Shown here one piece after another: positions 18,127-27,313 of a DNA stretch of 64,000 nt; within the stretch, counting starts at the first letter, position 1, and each line of letters starts with the position of its first letter. The stretch spans positions 1,120,001 through 1,184,000 of the forward strand of contig OY968796.1 in NCBI GenBank assembly GCA_963695545.1, in the 5' to 3' direction. A program made the position numbers and the translations under genes. The DNA is from Terriglobia bacterium (GTDB lineage Bacteria; Acidobacteriota; Terriglobia; Acidiferrales; UBA7541). Under the pieces are notes generated by a model. It ran no database searches. It was not told where the DNA came from and saw only the letters and a program-made list of their open reading frames with translations.

Positions 18127-18987
18127 CTAGTTGCAGCAGGTGGGTCCGCAGCAGGTCTTTTCGCCCAAGCTGCCGGGTTTGACGGCCCTGATGAACGCGC
18201 TCATGAACTTCCCGTCCACCTGCGGCGCCAAAGCATCCACATCCAAACCTTCTCCGGCCAGAAATTCCCGCGCGTCCTCCAAGCGATAAATGCGCGTCGG
18301 CTCGATTTCGATCTCTCCAAATCCGGCGCGATCCAGTTTGCTCCGGTATTCCCACTCATCGAGCGCTCCCGCGATGCATCCAACCCACAACAGCACGCTC
18401 TTACGAATTTCCGGCAGGATTTCTCCGCGAGTCACGACGTCGGAGACAGCCAAGCGGCCGCCCGGTTTCAGCACCCGAAAAGTCTCCCGGAGCACGCGAT
18501 CCTTGTCCGCCGAAAGATTGATCACGCAGTTTGAAATCACCACGTCCACGGAATTGTCCGGCAGCGGGATGCGCTCGATTTCGCCCTTCACAAATTCCAC
18601 GTTCTCGATCCCGGCTTTCCGCTTATTTTCATTAGCCAGCGCCAACATTTCGTCCGTCATGTCGAGGCCATACGCCTTACCGGTGGGCCCCACTCGTTTC
18701 GCCGAGAGCAGAACGTCGATCCCGCCCCCTGACCCCAAGTCGAGCACCACCTCGCCCGGATTCAATTTCGCAAGGGCTGTCGGATTCCCGCACCCCAGCG
18801 AAGCCATCATGGCCTCGGCTGGAATTTGATCCGCCTGCGACGCGTCATAAAGACAGGAAGTAATCGGGTCCGCGCCCGAACCGCCAGCCGCGGTGGCTCC
18901 GCAACACGCGCTTCCGCCGCGATTCACTCGCAGCGCGGCCTGCCCATATCTTTCCTTCACCGCGTCTCTTAAGTCTTCGCCGCTCAT
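18127..18987 (-). CDS. arsM: Arsenite S-adenosylmethionine methyltransferase
   Basis: SLGCGNP, LDLGSGGGID, ISNCVINL and WVGCIAGA motifs; terminal CC pairs. Confidence 0.93.
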   Translation of the reverse strand: MSGEDLRDAVKERYGQAALRVNRGGSACCGATAAGGSGADPITSCLYDASQADQIPAEAMMASLGCGNPTALAKLNPGEVVLDLGSGGGIDVLLSAKRVGPTGKAYGLDMTDEMLALANENKRKAGIENVEFVKGEIERIPLPDNSVDVVISNCVINLSADKDRVLRETFRVLKPGGRLAVSDVVTRGEILPEIRKSVLLWVGCIAGALDEWEYRSKLDRAGFGEIEIEPTRIYRLEDAREFLAGEGLDVDALAPQVDGKFMSAFIRAVKPGSLGEKTCCGPTCCN

Positions 18988-18997
18988 CGCCTCGCTC

Positions 18998-19354
18998 CTA
19001 TTTGCATATCTGAACCACGTCTTGCGGCCGCACCGCCTTATTTCGCGTGCAACATTCCGCATAGAGGAATTGCAGAACCTCCTGCAGCGCTTCGACGTTT
19101 GCGGTGTAGTGCAGAAACGTACTCTCCCGGCGCACCAGCACAAGATCCTCGTTCTTCAATTTGTCCAAGTGATGCGAAAGCGTCGAGCTCGGAATCTCCA
19201 GCTCGGCCTGAATCTCTCCGGCAACCAGCCCCTCCGGATGCGCCGAGAGCAACAATTGCATGATCCTCAGCCGCGGCTCTGCCCCCATCGCCGAGAACAT
19301 GTCCGCATACCTGGCTACGCGCTCCGTATTCTTCTTGCTCTCACTGATCGACAT
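18998..19354 (-). CDS. arsR: ArsR/SmtB family repressor
   Basis: RLRI..LL and STLSHHL HTH; C-terminal ECC. Confidence 0.92.
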   Translation of the reverse strand: MSISESKKNTERVARYADMFSAMGAEPRLRIMQLLLSAHPEGLVAGEIQAELEIPSSTLSHHLDKLKNEDLVLVRRESTFLHYTANVEALQEVLQFLYAECCTRNKAVRPQDVVQICK

Positions 19355-19389
19355 ATTTCGATGGTTGCGGAAATAGCGAGTAATGTCAA
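19354..19389 (-). promoter_or_regulatory. ars promoter with overlapping palindromic operator
   Basis: TTGACA-17-AACCAT with the predicted +1 at the ATG. The TATTTC..GAAATA inverted repeat spans 19354-19375. Confidence 0.6.
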
Positions 19390-19526
19390 GCCATTCCTCG
19401 CGCCACCGGGCCTCAACGGATCCGTTCCCAACCCACGCCCGCCGAAAACGAAATCTTAGGAAGTGGACGCAGGCGCGACGGCACCGCCCTCTTCAACTGG
19501 GGCGCGGACGTAACAGGAAACCGGTG

Positions 19527-19628
19527 TCAGTGCTTCGAAGCGATCGATTGTCGAGCGGCGGCGCGGATGACATCGATCACCGAGTTCGGGTTGGCGAGCG
19601 TGGGGGCGTGCCTGGTTGCGATCGAAGG
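19527..19628 (-). pseudogene. C-terminal remnant of an alpha/beta hydrolase
   Basis: PSIATRHAPTLANPNSVIDVIRAAA resembles the catalytic-His tail of the neighbouring hydrolase (SSHVAYVSHPKETAKLIEEAAA). No start codon. Confidence 0.45.
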
Positions 19629-20327
19629 TCACCGCAGCTGTTGACGTAGAAATTCGCTTGTCCGCCCGTTCGCGAGAGTTGCCGCGGCGGCATTGTAGTG
19701 TGCGCCATTGTGCCGAGAGAACGCATGATTCTGACCCGGATAGCTGTAGACTGTCGTGTTTGGTTTCTTAGCAAGCGCCGCTTTAATCTCAGCTTGCGCG
19801 GCCTTGGAAATGAACTCATCCTCCTCGGCCAGATGCATTAGAAGTGGCGCATTAAGCCCATCGACCTCGCCTAGATATTTTTCGGTGTCGCCGCCGTGAT
19901 AAGCGACCGCGGCGTCGACGCCGTGGCAACGCACGGCTGTGAGAAAGACCATCAGCGCACCGAGGCAATAGCCGAGGAGCGCGACCTTCCCGTTGCACTC
20001 CGGCAGATTGCGCACGGCGTTGACGGTGTCCTTGACGTCCCTGGCGCCGGCGTCTCGGTCATAAGCTGCGTACAGACGAAGGCCGTGTTGCCAGTCGGCC
20101 TCGGAGGTGACGGTGAGGTCGACGCCCGGCTCCTGACGCCAGAAGAGGTCTGGCGCAACGGCGAGGAAGCCTTGTTCCGCCAGTTCGTCGCAATGTTTGC
20201 GGATGTCGGCGTTCACACCGAACAGCTCCTGCAGAACGACGACAGCGGGAGCCGGCACGGTTTTCGGTCTTGCTATATAGGCGGCGAACGCGCCGTCATG
20301 TCCTGCTACCGTGATGTAATCGTTCAT
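19629..20327 (-). CDS. Dienelactone hydrolase family protein
   Basis: QELFGVN, GYCLG nucleophile and HAF motifs. Confidence 0.92.
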   Translation of the reverse strand: MNDYITVAGHDGAFAAYIARPKTVPAPAVVVLQELFGVNADIRKHCDELAEQGFLAVAPDLFWRQEPGVDLTVTSEADWQHGLRLYAAYDRDAGARDVKDTVNAVRNLPECNGKVALLGYCLGALMVFLTAVRCHGVDAAVAYHGGDTEKYLGEVDGLNAPLLMHLAEEDEFISKAAQAEIKAALAKKPNTTVYSYPGQNHAFSRHNGAHYNAAAATLANGRTSEFLRQQLR

Positions 20328-20416
20328 GGTGTTCTCCTCGGATGACGAAATTCATCCAGGCCTCCGCCGATGCGGTCGTCTGGATCGGCGGAGACCCACT
20401 GTCGAGTGAGGCGGTT

Positions 20417-21118
20417 TCAGCCGGCGGCACGCATCGAGGCCGCAGCCGCAGCAGCCTCTTCGATGAGCTTGGCTGTTTCCTTCGGATGAGACACGTAGGC
20501 CACATGGCTCGACTTCACTTCGACCGTCTTGGCCTTGGCGCGCTTCGCCATCATGCGCTCCTGATCCGGATTGATCGACCGGTCTTCGCTGGCCACCATG
20601 TACCAGGTGGGCTTGTTCTTCCAGGCGGGCGACTTAACCTGATGGGTGAACGAGTCGGTGGAGATTGGCACTTGCGAGATGGCCATGAACCACGCCTTCT
20701 CCGGCGGAATATCCGCTGCGAAGTCGGCCGCGAAATGCTCCTGATCTATCCACCAGTTGTTATTGCTGTCCGGCGTGAACGCCTTGGACGCTTGCGGCAG
20801 AGCCTGTTCGATCGACGCACAGCTCTCGCCTTCGTCGAGCGCAAATGCGGCAATGTAGACGAGCGCCACAACCTTTGGATGATTGCCGGCCTCGGTGATG
20901 ATGGACCCTCCATAACTGTGGCCCACCAGAACCACTGGCCCGTCCATGGCGTCGATGGCCGCCTTCGTGTACTTTTGGTCGTCGGCGTAGGAGGTTTCCG
21001 GGGGCTGCGCCACCGACACCTTGTAACCATCATTCTTCAGGATGTTAGCGACGGGTTCCCAACCGGAGCCGTCGGCGAATGCACCGTGCACCAGAACCAC
21101 GTTCTTGATGTTCGTCAT
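20417..21118 (-). CDS. Alpha/beta hydrolase
   Basis: VHGAFADGSGW, GHSYGG, DRSI and SSH motifs; SD GGAG upstream. Confidence 0.92.
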   Translation of the reverse strand: MTNIKNVVLVHGAFADGSGWEPVANILKNDGYKVSVAQPPETSYADDQKYTKAAIDAMDGPVVLVGHSYGGSIITEAGNHPKVVALVYIAAFALDEGESCASIEQALPQASKAFTPDSNNNWWIDQEHFAADFAADIPPEKAWFMAISQVPISTDSFTHQVKSPAWKNKPTWYMVASEDRSINPDQERMMAKRAKAKTVEVKSSHVAYVSHPKETAKLIEEAAAAAASMRAAG

Positions 21119-21212
21119 GGTTACTCTCCTCTTCAGTTTGAGCTTCAACGAGTCATGCAAGTTCTGTGTAATCGACCCGCGCATCAAGGTAGGCGCACGC
21201 AACCTCTCCGCT

Positions 21213-21241
21213 CTTGCAGGATTTTGCGGATTTTGTTGTTT
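21213..21241 (-). promoter_or_regulatory. Putative AraC-family direct-repeat site
   Basis: Tandem CAAAATCC repeat (CAAAATCCGCAAAATCCTGCAAG) between the AraC gene and the hydrolase genes. Confidence 0.35.
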
Positions 21242-21361
21242 TCTGTCGGGACATGGACGTATGGGCTTGCCCAGGTATGGGGTCGCCGAATGAAGATCTA
21301 GCAAGTAAGCCGTACCGGACGCTTGAAGGGTAAGCGCAACCTTCCGCCGATTCGTAAGGGA

Positions 21362-22354
21362 TTAGGCAGGGTTCTTAGGTTCGATAGCTCTGGCGGCGAT
21401 GTAGCGGCGCCATTGTCCCGGGCTGATTCCCATTACTTGGCGGAAGGTGCGCGTGAAGGCGGCCTGATCGCCGAAGCCGGACTGAATTGCTATGTCCGCA
21501 ATCGGCGTGGTCGTCTGCCGAAGTAATTCTTTGGCGTGCTCGATGCGACGCCCAATCAACCACCTATGAGGTGCCGTGCCGAAGGTCGCTTTGAATGATC
21601 GGGCAAAGTGACTCACGGAGAGCGAGCACTCGCGCGCAACTTCCGTTAGACGTATCCGACCATCCAAATTTTCCCGGAGTAGTTCCGCCGCGCGGCGCTT
21701 TTGCCAAGGGGCAAGACCGCCTTTGGAAACCTCGCCCATTTTTTGGAGTACACCGTACCGTTGAAGCAGATGCGCTCCCAAAATCAGGCTGAACTGATCG
21801 AGCGCAAGCAGCGAGGGACCATCGCGGCGCCCGATAAAGGGGAGAATGCTCCTGGTGATCTGGGCTAGAACCAAATCGTCTTCGACAACCGATAACCTGT
21901 AACTGCGTACACGGCCGAAGCCAAGATCAGCTGCGATGTCATCAAGCTCGACACGCGGCACCGTGTAGTGAACGTAATCGAACGCCTTACCCGCCCAGCA
22001 GCTTGGTTCGGAATCGAAATCAATGACATTACTCCGAAACGACGGAATGATCGGGGTGGGTATAACTTTGTCTGCGACCCACACTTGGTAGCTATTGAGT
22101 GGCAAAGATTTGAGACAGATCGACACGAGCAGAGCTGGCACACTTGATACCTTCGTGATGCGATCAGGCAGTCCAGCTGATGACTCAAGGCGCGTTACCG
22201 TAAAAGTGCCTGGAGTACGAAACGGCGAGGGGACCGAGGAGCTCCGGTCCAATTTAATGTGAGTCGTAAAAGGGTCCTCGGACCAAGCTTCAGGCGAGTG
22301 CGTGAAATCCCGATTCTCTTCGCCGGTGCGAGTTTTATTCAAAGCAAACTCCAC
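21362..22354 (-). CDS. AraC family transcriptional regulator
   Basis: GGLAPWQ, LSVSHFARSFK and GFGDQAAFTRTFR double HTH. Confidence 0.93.
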   Translation of the reverse strand: MEFALNKTRTGEENRDFTHSPEAWSEDPFTTHIKLDRSSSVPSPFRTPGTFTVTRLESSAGLPDRITKVSSVPALLVSICLKSLPLNSYQVWVADKVIPTPIIPSFRSNVIDFDSEPSCWAGKAFDYVHYTVPRVELDDIAADLGFGRVRSYRLSVVEDDLVLAQITRSILPFIGRRDGPSLLALDQFSLILGAHLLQRYGVLQKMGEVSKGGLAPWQKRRAAELLRENLDGRIRLTEVARECSLSVSHFARSFKATFGTAPHRWLIGRRIEHAKELLRQTTTPIADIAIQSGFGDQAAFTRTFRQVMGISPGQWRRYIAARAIEPKNPA

Positions 22355-22486
22355 ACATAAGACGACCGGTCACCTTATCGCCGAAGAATATCAGCTTTTC
22401 TGCTCGTTTAGCGAAGGGCCTAAAAAGAGATTGAGATTTTCGGCAGGAATTAACAAATTCAGTCATTTTCGACAAGCCGGGGACGG

Positions 22487-23107
22487 GTGATTTTTTGCCA
22501 GATTCAATTTATGTCTCCGAGTCAGGGCGAGATCTCACATCGAGAGCACGATCCGCGCGAAATGCTTCTGCTCTCCGCTGGCAAACTGTTTCAGGACGTC
22601 GGCTATGTCCAAGCGAGCATTTACCGTATCGCATCTGCGATAAACGCGCCTAAAGGCACTTTCTATAATTACTTCAGGAGCAAAGAAGACCTCGCATCGA
22701 GACTTGTAGATCGCCAGTTCGATGCCCTTCGTGAATCGCTTTCTCGCTCAACGGGTCATAGCGCGAGCCATCAACTGAAGAAACATTGCAGCTTCCTGGC
22801 AATAAAACCGCCGATGGTTGAAGTGGCCCCGCTCCAACTTCTGGCGACCCTCGCTGCGGAGGCACCGGCAATCCCCGTCGCCCTTACGCAACGTATCGCT
22901 CATGGCACAGACATCTGGATCGCTCATGTAAGCGACTTGATCTCACTCGCTCAGATAGAAAGCGGAACAACTGCGCAAGATCCCAAAAAGCTGGCGTCAC
23001 TGTTGGTCACTTGCTGGTACGGAGCGATCGTTCGTAGGAAATCGGACCCATCTTTGAAACTTCTCGAGGACTTTCTTCCGTTCTTCATCCGCAGCGGTGT
23101 CCCCTGA
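22487..23107 (+). CDS. TetR/AcrR family regulator
   Basis: IA..INAPKGTFYNYFRSKEDL HTH. Start is GTG 22487 or ATG 22511. Confidence 0.85.
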   Translation: MIFCQIQFMSPSQGEISHREHDPREMLLLSAGKLFQDVGYVQASIYRIASAINAPKGTFYNYFRSKEDLASRLVDRQFDALRESLSRSTGHSASHQLKKHCSFLAIKPPMVEVAPLQLLATLAAEAPAIPVALTQRIAHGTDIWIAHVSDLISLAQIESGTTAQDPKKLASLLVTCWYGAIVRRKSDPSLKLLEDFLPFFIRSGVP

Positions 23108-23199
23108 AAAGGACTTCTATCAAAATATTCTCTTTTCGAAAGACATCGCCGCCGTTCGAAGCGAACGAGGAACCAAGACCACGTCACTTTTCTACCCAT

Positions 23200-23540
23200 T
23201 CTATTCGAATAACTCATTCATTATCATTGACGTGCTGCTACTCTATATGCTAAACTCAGGTGTGCGCTGCGAACTGAAACTTTCGCCAAAGAACCTGCGG
23301 ACAACGCGCCGCGCCCCGCGCAACATTTGCGCATCAAGTGCGCATTCACGCGCAAAAAACGCCCCCGCAACTCCTTTCCTTTCAGGCTTATACGCACTCG
23401 TCCAAAAGAGTGCGCATCTCATTGAAAAAAAACGATATCAACACGCTTGTTTTCATACTCATCCGCACTCTTTCCCTGCAAATCCTTTGGTTACATCATT
23501 TTACATATTTGATACCGGGGGTGGATGGAGGGGCCCCTCG
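23200..23540 (+). repeat. Dispersed ~340-bp element, copy 2
   Basis: Homologous to 2425-2762. TTGACG-18-TAAACT at 23227-23256; core at 23380-23434. Confidence 0.8.
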
Positions 23541-23671
23541 GAAATTATCCCAAAAATCGGGCAATGCTCAGGCGAGCCCACCGCCGGGCAACCATCTCCC
23601 GGACTTCGCACGATGCGTCGGGCGCATCTAACCTTCTATGATATAGTTCGCCAGTTGAAACGGTCGCTGCC

Positions 23672-24580
23672 ATGAGCAAACTTCGCGTCTCCGTCGTCGA
23701 GTTCCTGAACACCGCGCCACTGGTTTGGGGTTTCACCGACGGCCCGCTCGAAGGCCGCTACGATCTTTCCTTTGCCGTGCCCTCGCGCTGCGCCGATGAC
23801 CTGCGCGCAGGCCGCGTGGATATCGGCGTGATCCCCGCGATCGAATATCAGCGCATCGACAATCTTGAAATTCTGCCCGGCATGGCCGTGGCCGCCCGCA
23901 ACGAAGTGCGCAGCATCCTGGTGGTCTCGAAGCGCCCCATCGACCGCGTCCGTCGCTTCGCTCTCGATCGCAATTCGCGCAGCTCCATCGCTCTCGTTCG
24001 CCTTTTGTGCCGCGGCCTTTGGGGAATCGATCCTGAATTTGTGCAAGCCGCGCCCGATCCCGCAGCCATGCTTGCCGAAGCTGACGCCGCCCTTTTGATC
24101 GGCGATCCCGCTCTGCGCGTGCGCATGAAAGTGGATGCCCTCGCCAGCAAAACGCCCGGCGCCGGAGGCTGCTGCGGAGGCCGGGACGACGAGCAGCCGG
24201 TTCCGGGTGTCGACATGCTCTTCGTCTACGATGTCGCCCAGCAGTGGCGCGAGATGACGGGTCGTCCCTGCGTTCTCGCCGTGTGGGCCGCGCGCCGCGG
24301 CGTCGTCACGCGCGCAGTTCTGGACGATTTCGAGGCCTCAAAGGCGTACGGCCTGGCGCACCTCGAGGACATCGCCGAAGGCGCCGCGCTCAAACTCGAT
24401 TTGCCGCCACGCGCGCTCGAATCCTACTTGCGCGAAAATATCGACTATTCGCTCGACGACGAAAATCTCGCCGGCCTCGATCTGTTTTATCGCCTGGCCG
24501 CCTCTGCGAAATTGATCCCCGACGAGCGCCCGATCGAATTCGCCGCCGCGCCAGCATCGATCGCGCGCGCCGCGCGCTAA
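23672..24580 (+). CDS. mqnA: Chorismate dehydratase (futalosine pathway)
   Basis: FLNTAPL, VPSRCA, SRSS, LLIGDPAL and W...TG.P.V.AVW motifs; adjacent to mqnC. Confidence 0.9.
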   Translation: MSKLRVSVVEFLNTAPLVWGFTDGPLEGRYDLSFAVPSRCADDLRAGRVDIGVIPAIEYQRIDNLEILPGMAVAARNEVRSILVVSKRPIDRVRRFALDRNSRSSIALVRLLCRGLWGIDPEFVQAAPDPAAMLAEADAALLIGDPALRVRMKVDALASKTPGAGGCCGGRDDEQPVPGVDMLFVYDVAQQWREMTGRPCVLAVWAARRGVVTRAVLDDFEASKAYGLAHLEDIAEGAALKLDLPPRALESYLRENIDYSLDDENLAGLDLFYRLAASAKLIPDERPIEFAAAPASIARAAR

Positions 24581-24625
24581 GAATATCAGGGGAATTTTCG
24601 CAGTAAGGAAGACAAGAAGCAGCCT

Positions 24626-25663
24626 ATGGGAATTTCGTCACAAGAAGCGCTCGATCTTTTCCGCTCCGACGACCTGATCGGCATCGGCATGGCGGCCATG
24701 GAAGTGCGCCGCAAAAAAACCGATCCGCGCGTGGCCACCTACCAGATCGACCGCAATATCAACTACACGAATTTTTGCACCGAGTATTGCTCCTTCTGCG
24801 CCTTCTATCGGCCTCTGGGCTCCCGCGAAGGCTATCTGCTCTCCTTCGAGTCCATCTACAAAAAAATCGAAGAGATGATCGAGCTCGGCGGCACCGGAAT
24901 TCTGCTTCAAGGCGGCCTGCATCCCGATCTGCGCATCGAGTATTACGAAAATCTGCTGCGCTCGCTCAAAGAGCGTTTTCCGCGCGTTCATCTGCACTGT
25001 TTTTCCGCGCCCGAAATCCTCTGCATCGCCGAAGTCTCCGGCCTTTCCGTGCGCGATACCATCGCGCGCCTGATCGCCGCCGGCCTTGATTCCATTCCCG
25101 GCGGCGGCGCCGAAATTCTGGACAACGAAATTCGCGCGCGCATCTCGCGCCTCAAATGCACCGTCGATGAATGGGTGGATATGCATCGCGTCGCCCACTC
25201 GCTCGGCCTGCGCACCACCGCCACCATGATGTTCGGCTGCGGCGAAGAATATCGCCATCGCGTGAATCATCTTGAAACCGTGCGCCGCATTCAGGAAGAA
25301 ACCGGCGGCTTCACCGCCTTTATCCCCTGGATGTTCGCGCCCGAGAACACGCCGCTCGGCAAAAAAGTGCCCGAAGCCACTGCGTTCGATTATCTGAAGA
25401 CTCTGGCCATCAGCCGCCTTTATCTCGACAACATCGATCACATTCAATCCAGTTGGCTCACGCCCGGAATCAAGATCTGCCAGCTCGGACTGCAGTTCGG
25501 CGCCGACGACATCGGCAGTATTCTGATCGAGGAAAATGTCGTCTTCGCCGCAGGCGTGCGCAACCGCACCAACGAAACCGAGCTTCGCCGCATCATTTTT
25601 GACGCCGGCTACACCCCCGCGCAGCGCGACACGCTCTATCGCTCATACGCTTTGAAATCTTAG
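24626..25663 (+). CDS. mqnC: Cyclic dehypoxanthine futalosine synthase (radical SAM)
   Basis: NINYTNFCTEYCSFCAF, LQGGLHP, PGGGAEIL and EENVV motifs. Confidence 0.9.
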   Translation: MGISSQEALDLFRSDDLIGIGMAAMEVRRKKTDPRVATYQIDRNINYTNFCTEYCSFCAFYRPLGSREGYLLSFESIYKKIEEMIELGGTGILLQGGLHPDLRIEYYENLLRSLKERFPRVHLHCFSAPEILCIAEVSGLSVRDTIARLIAAGLDSIPGGGAEILDNEIRARISRLKCTVDEWVDMHRVAHSLGLRTTATMMFGCGEEYRHRVNHLETVRRIQEETGGFTAFIPWMFAPENTPLGKKVPEATAFDYLKTLAISRLYLDNIDHIQSSWLTPGIKICQLGLQFGADDIGSILIEENVVFAAGVRNRTNETELRRIIFDAGYTPAQRDTLYRSYALKS

Positions 25664-25758
25664 CTTTTCTTGCGGTCTTGGTTTTGATTTAAGCCGTAAC
25701 GCTCTTTGAAAACTTATCTGAGTTCCTGGCGGGCCTCAAAAAGCTCGCAGTACAAGCT

Positions 25759-26379
25759 CTAGCCGGGTTTTGTGCGGCGAATCGGCTCGATGGTCACGAT
25801 CACTTCGTCGCCTTCAACCAGATCCAGCGGCATCACCGGCACCAGCGTGCCGCCCGCGTACCGCGCGCGCGTGCGAATCGGCCGCGCGATCGGCGCTGGC
25901 GCGGCGTTTCGCCCCGCGGTGTTGTCGAGCGCCGCATTCGCCACCGCGTCGGCGTCGGCGTTGCGTTCGCGCGGAATGTGTTCGAGCGCGAAATATTCGA
26001 GCGTCTTCGCGGCTTTCTGCGCGCGCTCATGCAGCGGCCGCAAATCGGCGCTGCGCACTTTGTAGTGGCCCTGCATCTGCCGCACCAGCAGCTCGGAATC
26101 GCTCTCGACGCGCAGTCTGCGAATTTCGCGCGCCGCCGCCGCATCGAGCGCCGCGATCAGTCCGAAGTATTCGGCCACGTTGTTGGTCGCGCGACCGATG
26201 TACTTGCCGAACGATTCGATGCGCGCGCCGTCCGGTCCGCGCAACACCACGGCGTACGCCGCCGGCCCCGGATTACCGCGCGCCGCGCCGTCAATCTGCG
26301 CGACGTGCACCGGCCCTATGGGCGCGCTCGCGGCCGGCTCGTGAAACAGCCGCCCCGCGTTTTTTGTGAACCGTTTCAT
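25759..26379 (-). CDS. rnhA: Ribonuclease HI with C-terminal DUF104/AF2212-like domain
   Basis: DGAARGNPGPA, TNNVAEY, DSELL and RERNADAD motifs; tail ARYAGGTLVPVMPLDLVEGDEVIVTI. Confidence 0.88.
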   Translation of the reverse strand: MKRFTKNAGRLFHEPAASAPIGPVHVAQIDGAARGNPGPAAYAVVLRGPDGARIESFGKYIGRATNNVAEYFGLIAALDAAAAREIRRLRVESDSELLVRQMQGHYKVRSADLRPLHERAQKAAKTLEYFALEHIPRERNADADAVANAALDNTAGRNAAPAPIARPIRTRARYAGGTLVPVMPLDLVEGDEVIVTIEPIRRTKPG

Positions 26380-26454
26380 GCGGGAAAATTGCGGAGCAGG
26401 CAGGTCGCGGCCAAGCAAAAATTGGCAGCAAGGGCTTGGGCTGGCGAGACGCGA

Positions 26455-27234
26455 CTAATCTTCACGGCGCTCCGCGCTTTGCGATCCAGCGCCCGGAGCG
26501 GAAGCGGCCGCAGCGGCTCCGGCCGAGTCGGCAAGCCAGAGAATGCGCGTGCAAGTCTCGCAATGGAAAATGTCGTCTGATCCCGCGCGACCCAGATCCT
26601 GCACCACGTGCGGAAGAATGCGCACGCCGCACTGCCCGCAACTTTCGTGGCGCACTTCGGCGAGGCCAATTCCGTGGCGGCGAATTGCGATTTTCTGGTA
26701 GTCCTCGAGTAAATCCTCGGGGACGCCTTGCGCGGCTTCATCGTAGCGCGCTTGCGCCGCGGCGAGTTCGCGTTCGACGGCGGCTTTTTCGGCTTCGATC
26801 GCGCGCCGCTCGGCAGCAGTGGCGGCTTCGGCTTCGGCCAGTGCGCGGACGGCCGCGGGAACGCGGCGCTCGAATTCTTCGCCGGCCATCATGCGCTCGA
26901 GCAAGCGGTCTTCGGCGCGAGCCATTTCGGCTTCGGCGTTCTGGATTTCGTGCTGGAGGGCTTTGAATGCTTCGTTGGTCTTAACCTGGAAACTTTGATC
27001 GCGATACTTTCGCGCGCTTTCTTTCCACTGCTCGACGTCCAGCTCGAATTTCTTGCGGTCTTTTTGGCTCCCGAGCAGGGTTTCCTTGGCCGTGGCTAGA
27101 TCATGGCGCGCGCTCTCCAGACGCGCATCCACCTCGGCGAATCGGCGAGGAAATTCCGCCAGCCGCGCGCGCAGTTGGTTCAGGCTCAGGTCGACGGCCT
27201 GCAACTCGGAAAGATGCTTCAGGGCCGGATTCAT
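26455..27234 (-). CDS. Coiled-coil protein with C4-type zinc ribbon (DUF164/zf-RING_7)
   Basis: Long coiled coil followed by CGQC...CETCTRIL. Confidence 0.9.
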   Translation of the reverse strand: MNPALKHLSELQAVDLSLNQLRARLAEFPRRFAEVDARLESARHDLATAKETLLGSQKDRKKFELDVEQWKESARKYRDQSFQVKTNEAFKALQHEIQNAEAEMARAEDRLLERMMAGEEFERRVPAAVRALAEAEAATAAERRAIEAEKAAVERELAAAQARYDEAAQGVPEDLLEDYQKIAIRRHGIGLAEVRHESCGQCGVRILPHVVQDLGRAGSDDIFHCETCTRILWLADSAGAAAAASAPGAGSQSAERRED

Positions 27235-27313
27235 CCGACGGGTATCTTAACACACGCCTTCGTCCGTACTTCTTAGCGCGGCGGATGGCCTAACTTGGAG
27301 CCTTTGCGGATCC

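Noticed and set aside
17615..19143. Long N-terminal extensions of ArsC and ArsM in the ORF track
   Set aside because: They overlap upstream genes; downstream ATGs (18106, 18987) give family-typical starts.
24626..25663. Radical SAM enzyme plus peptidases as a RiPP cluster
   Set aside because: The radical SAM protein is MqnC next to MqnA, and no precursor peptide was seen.
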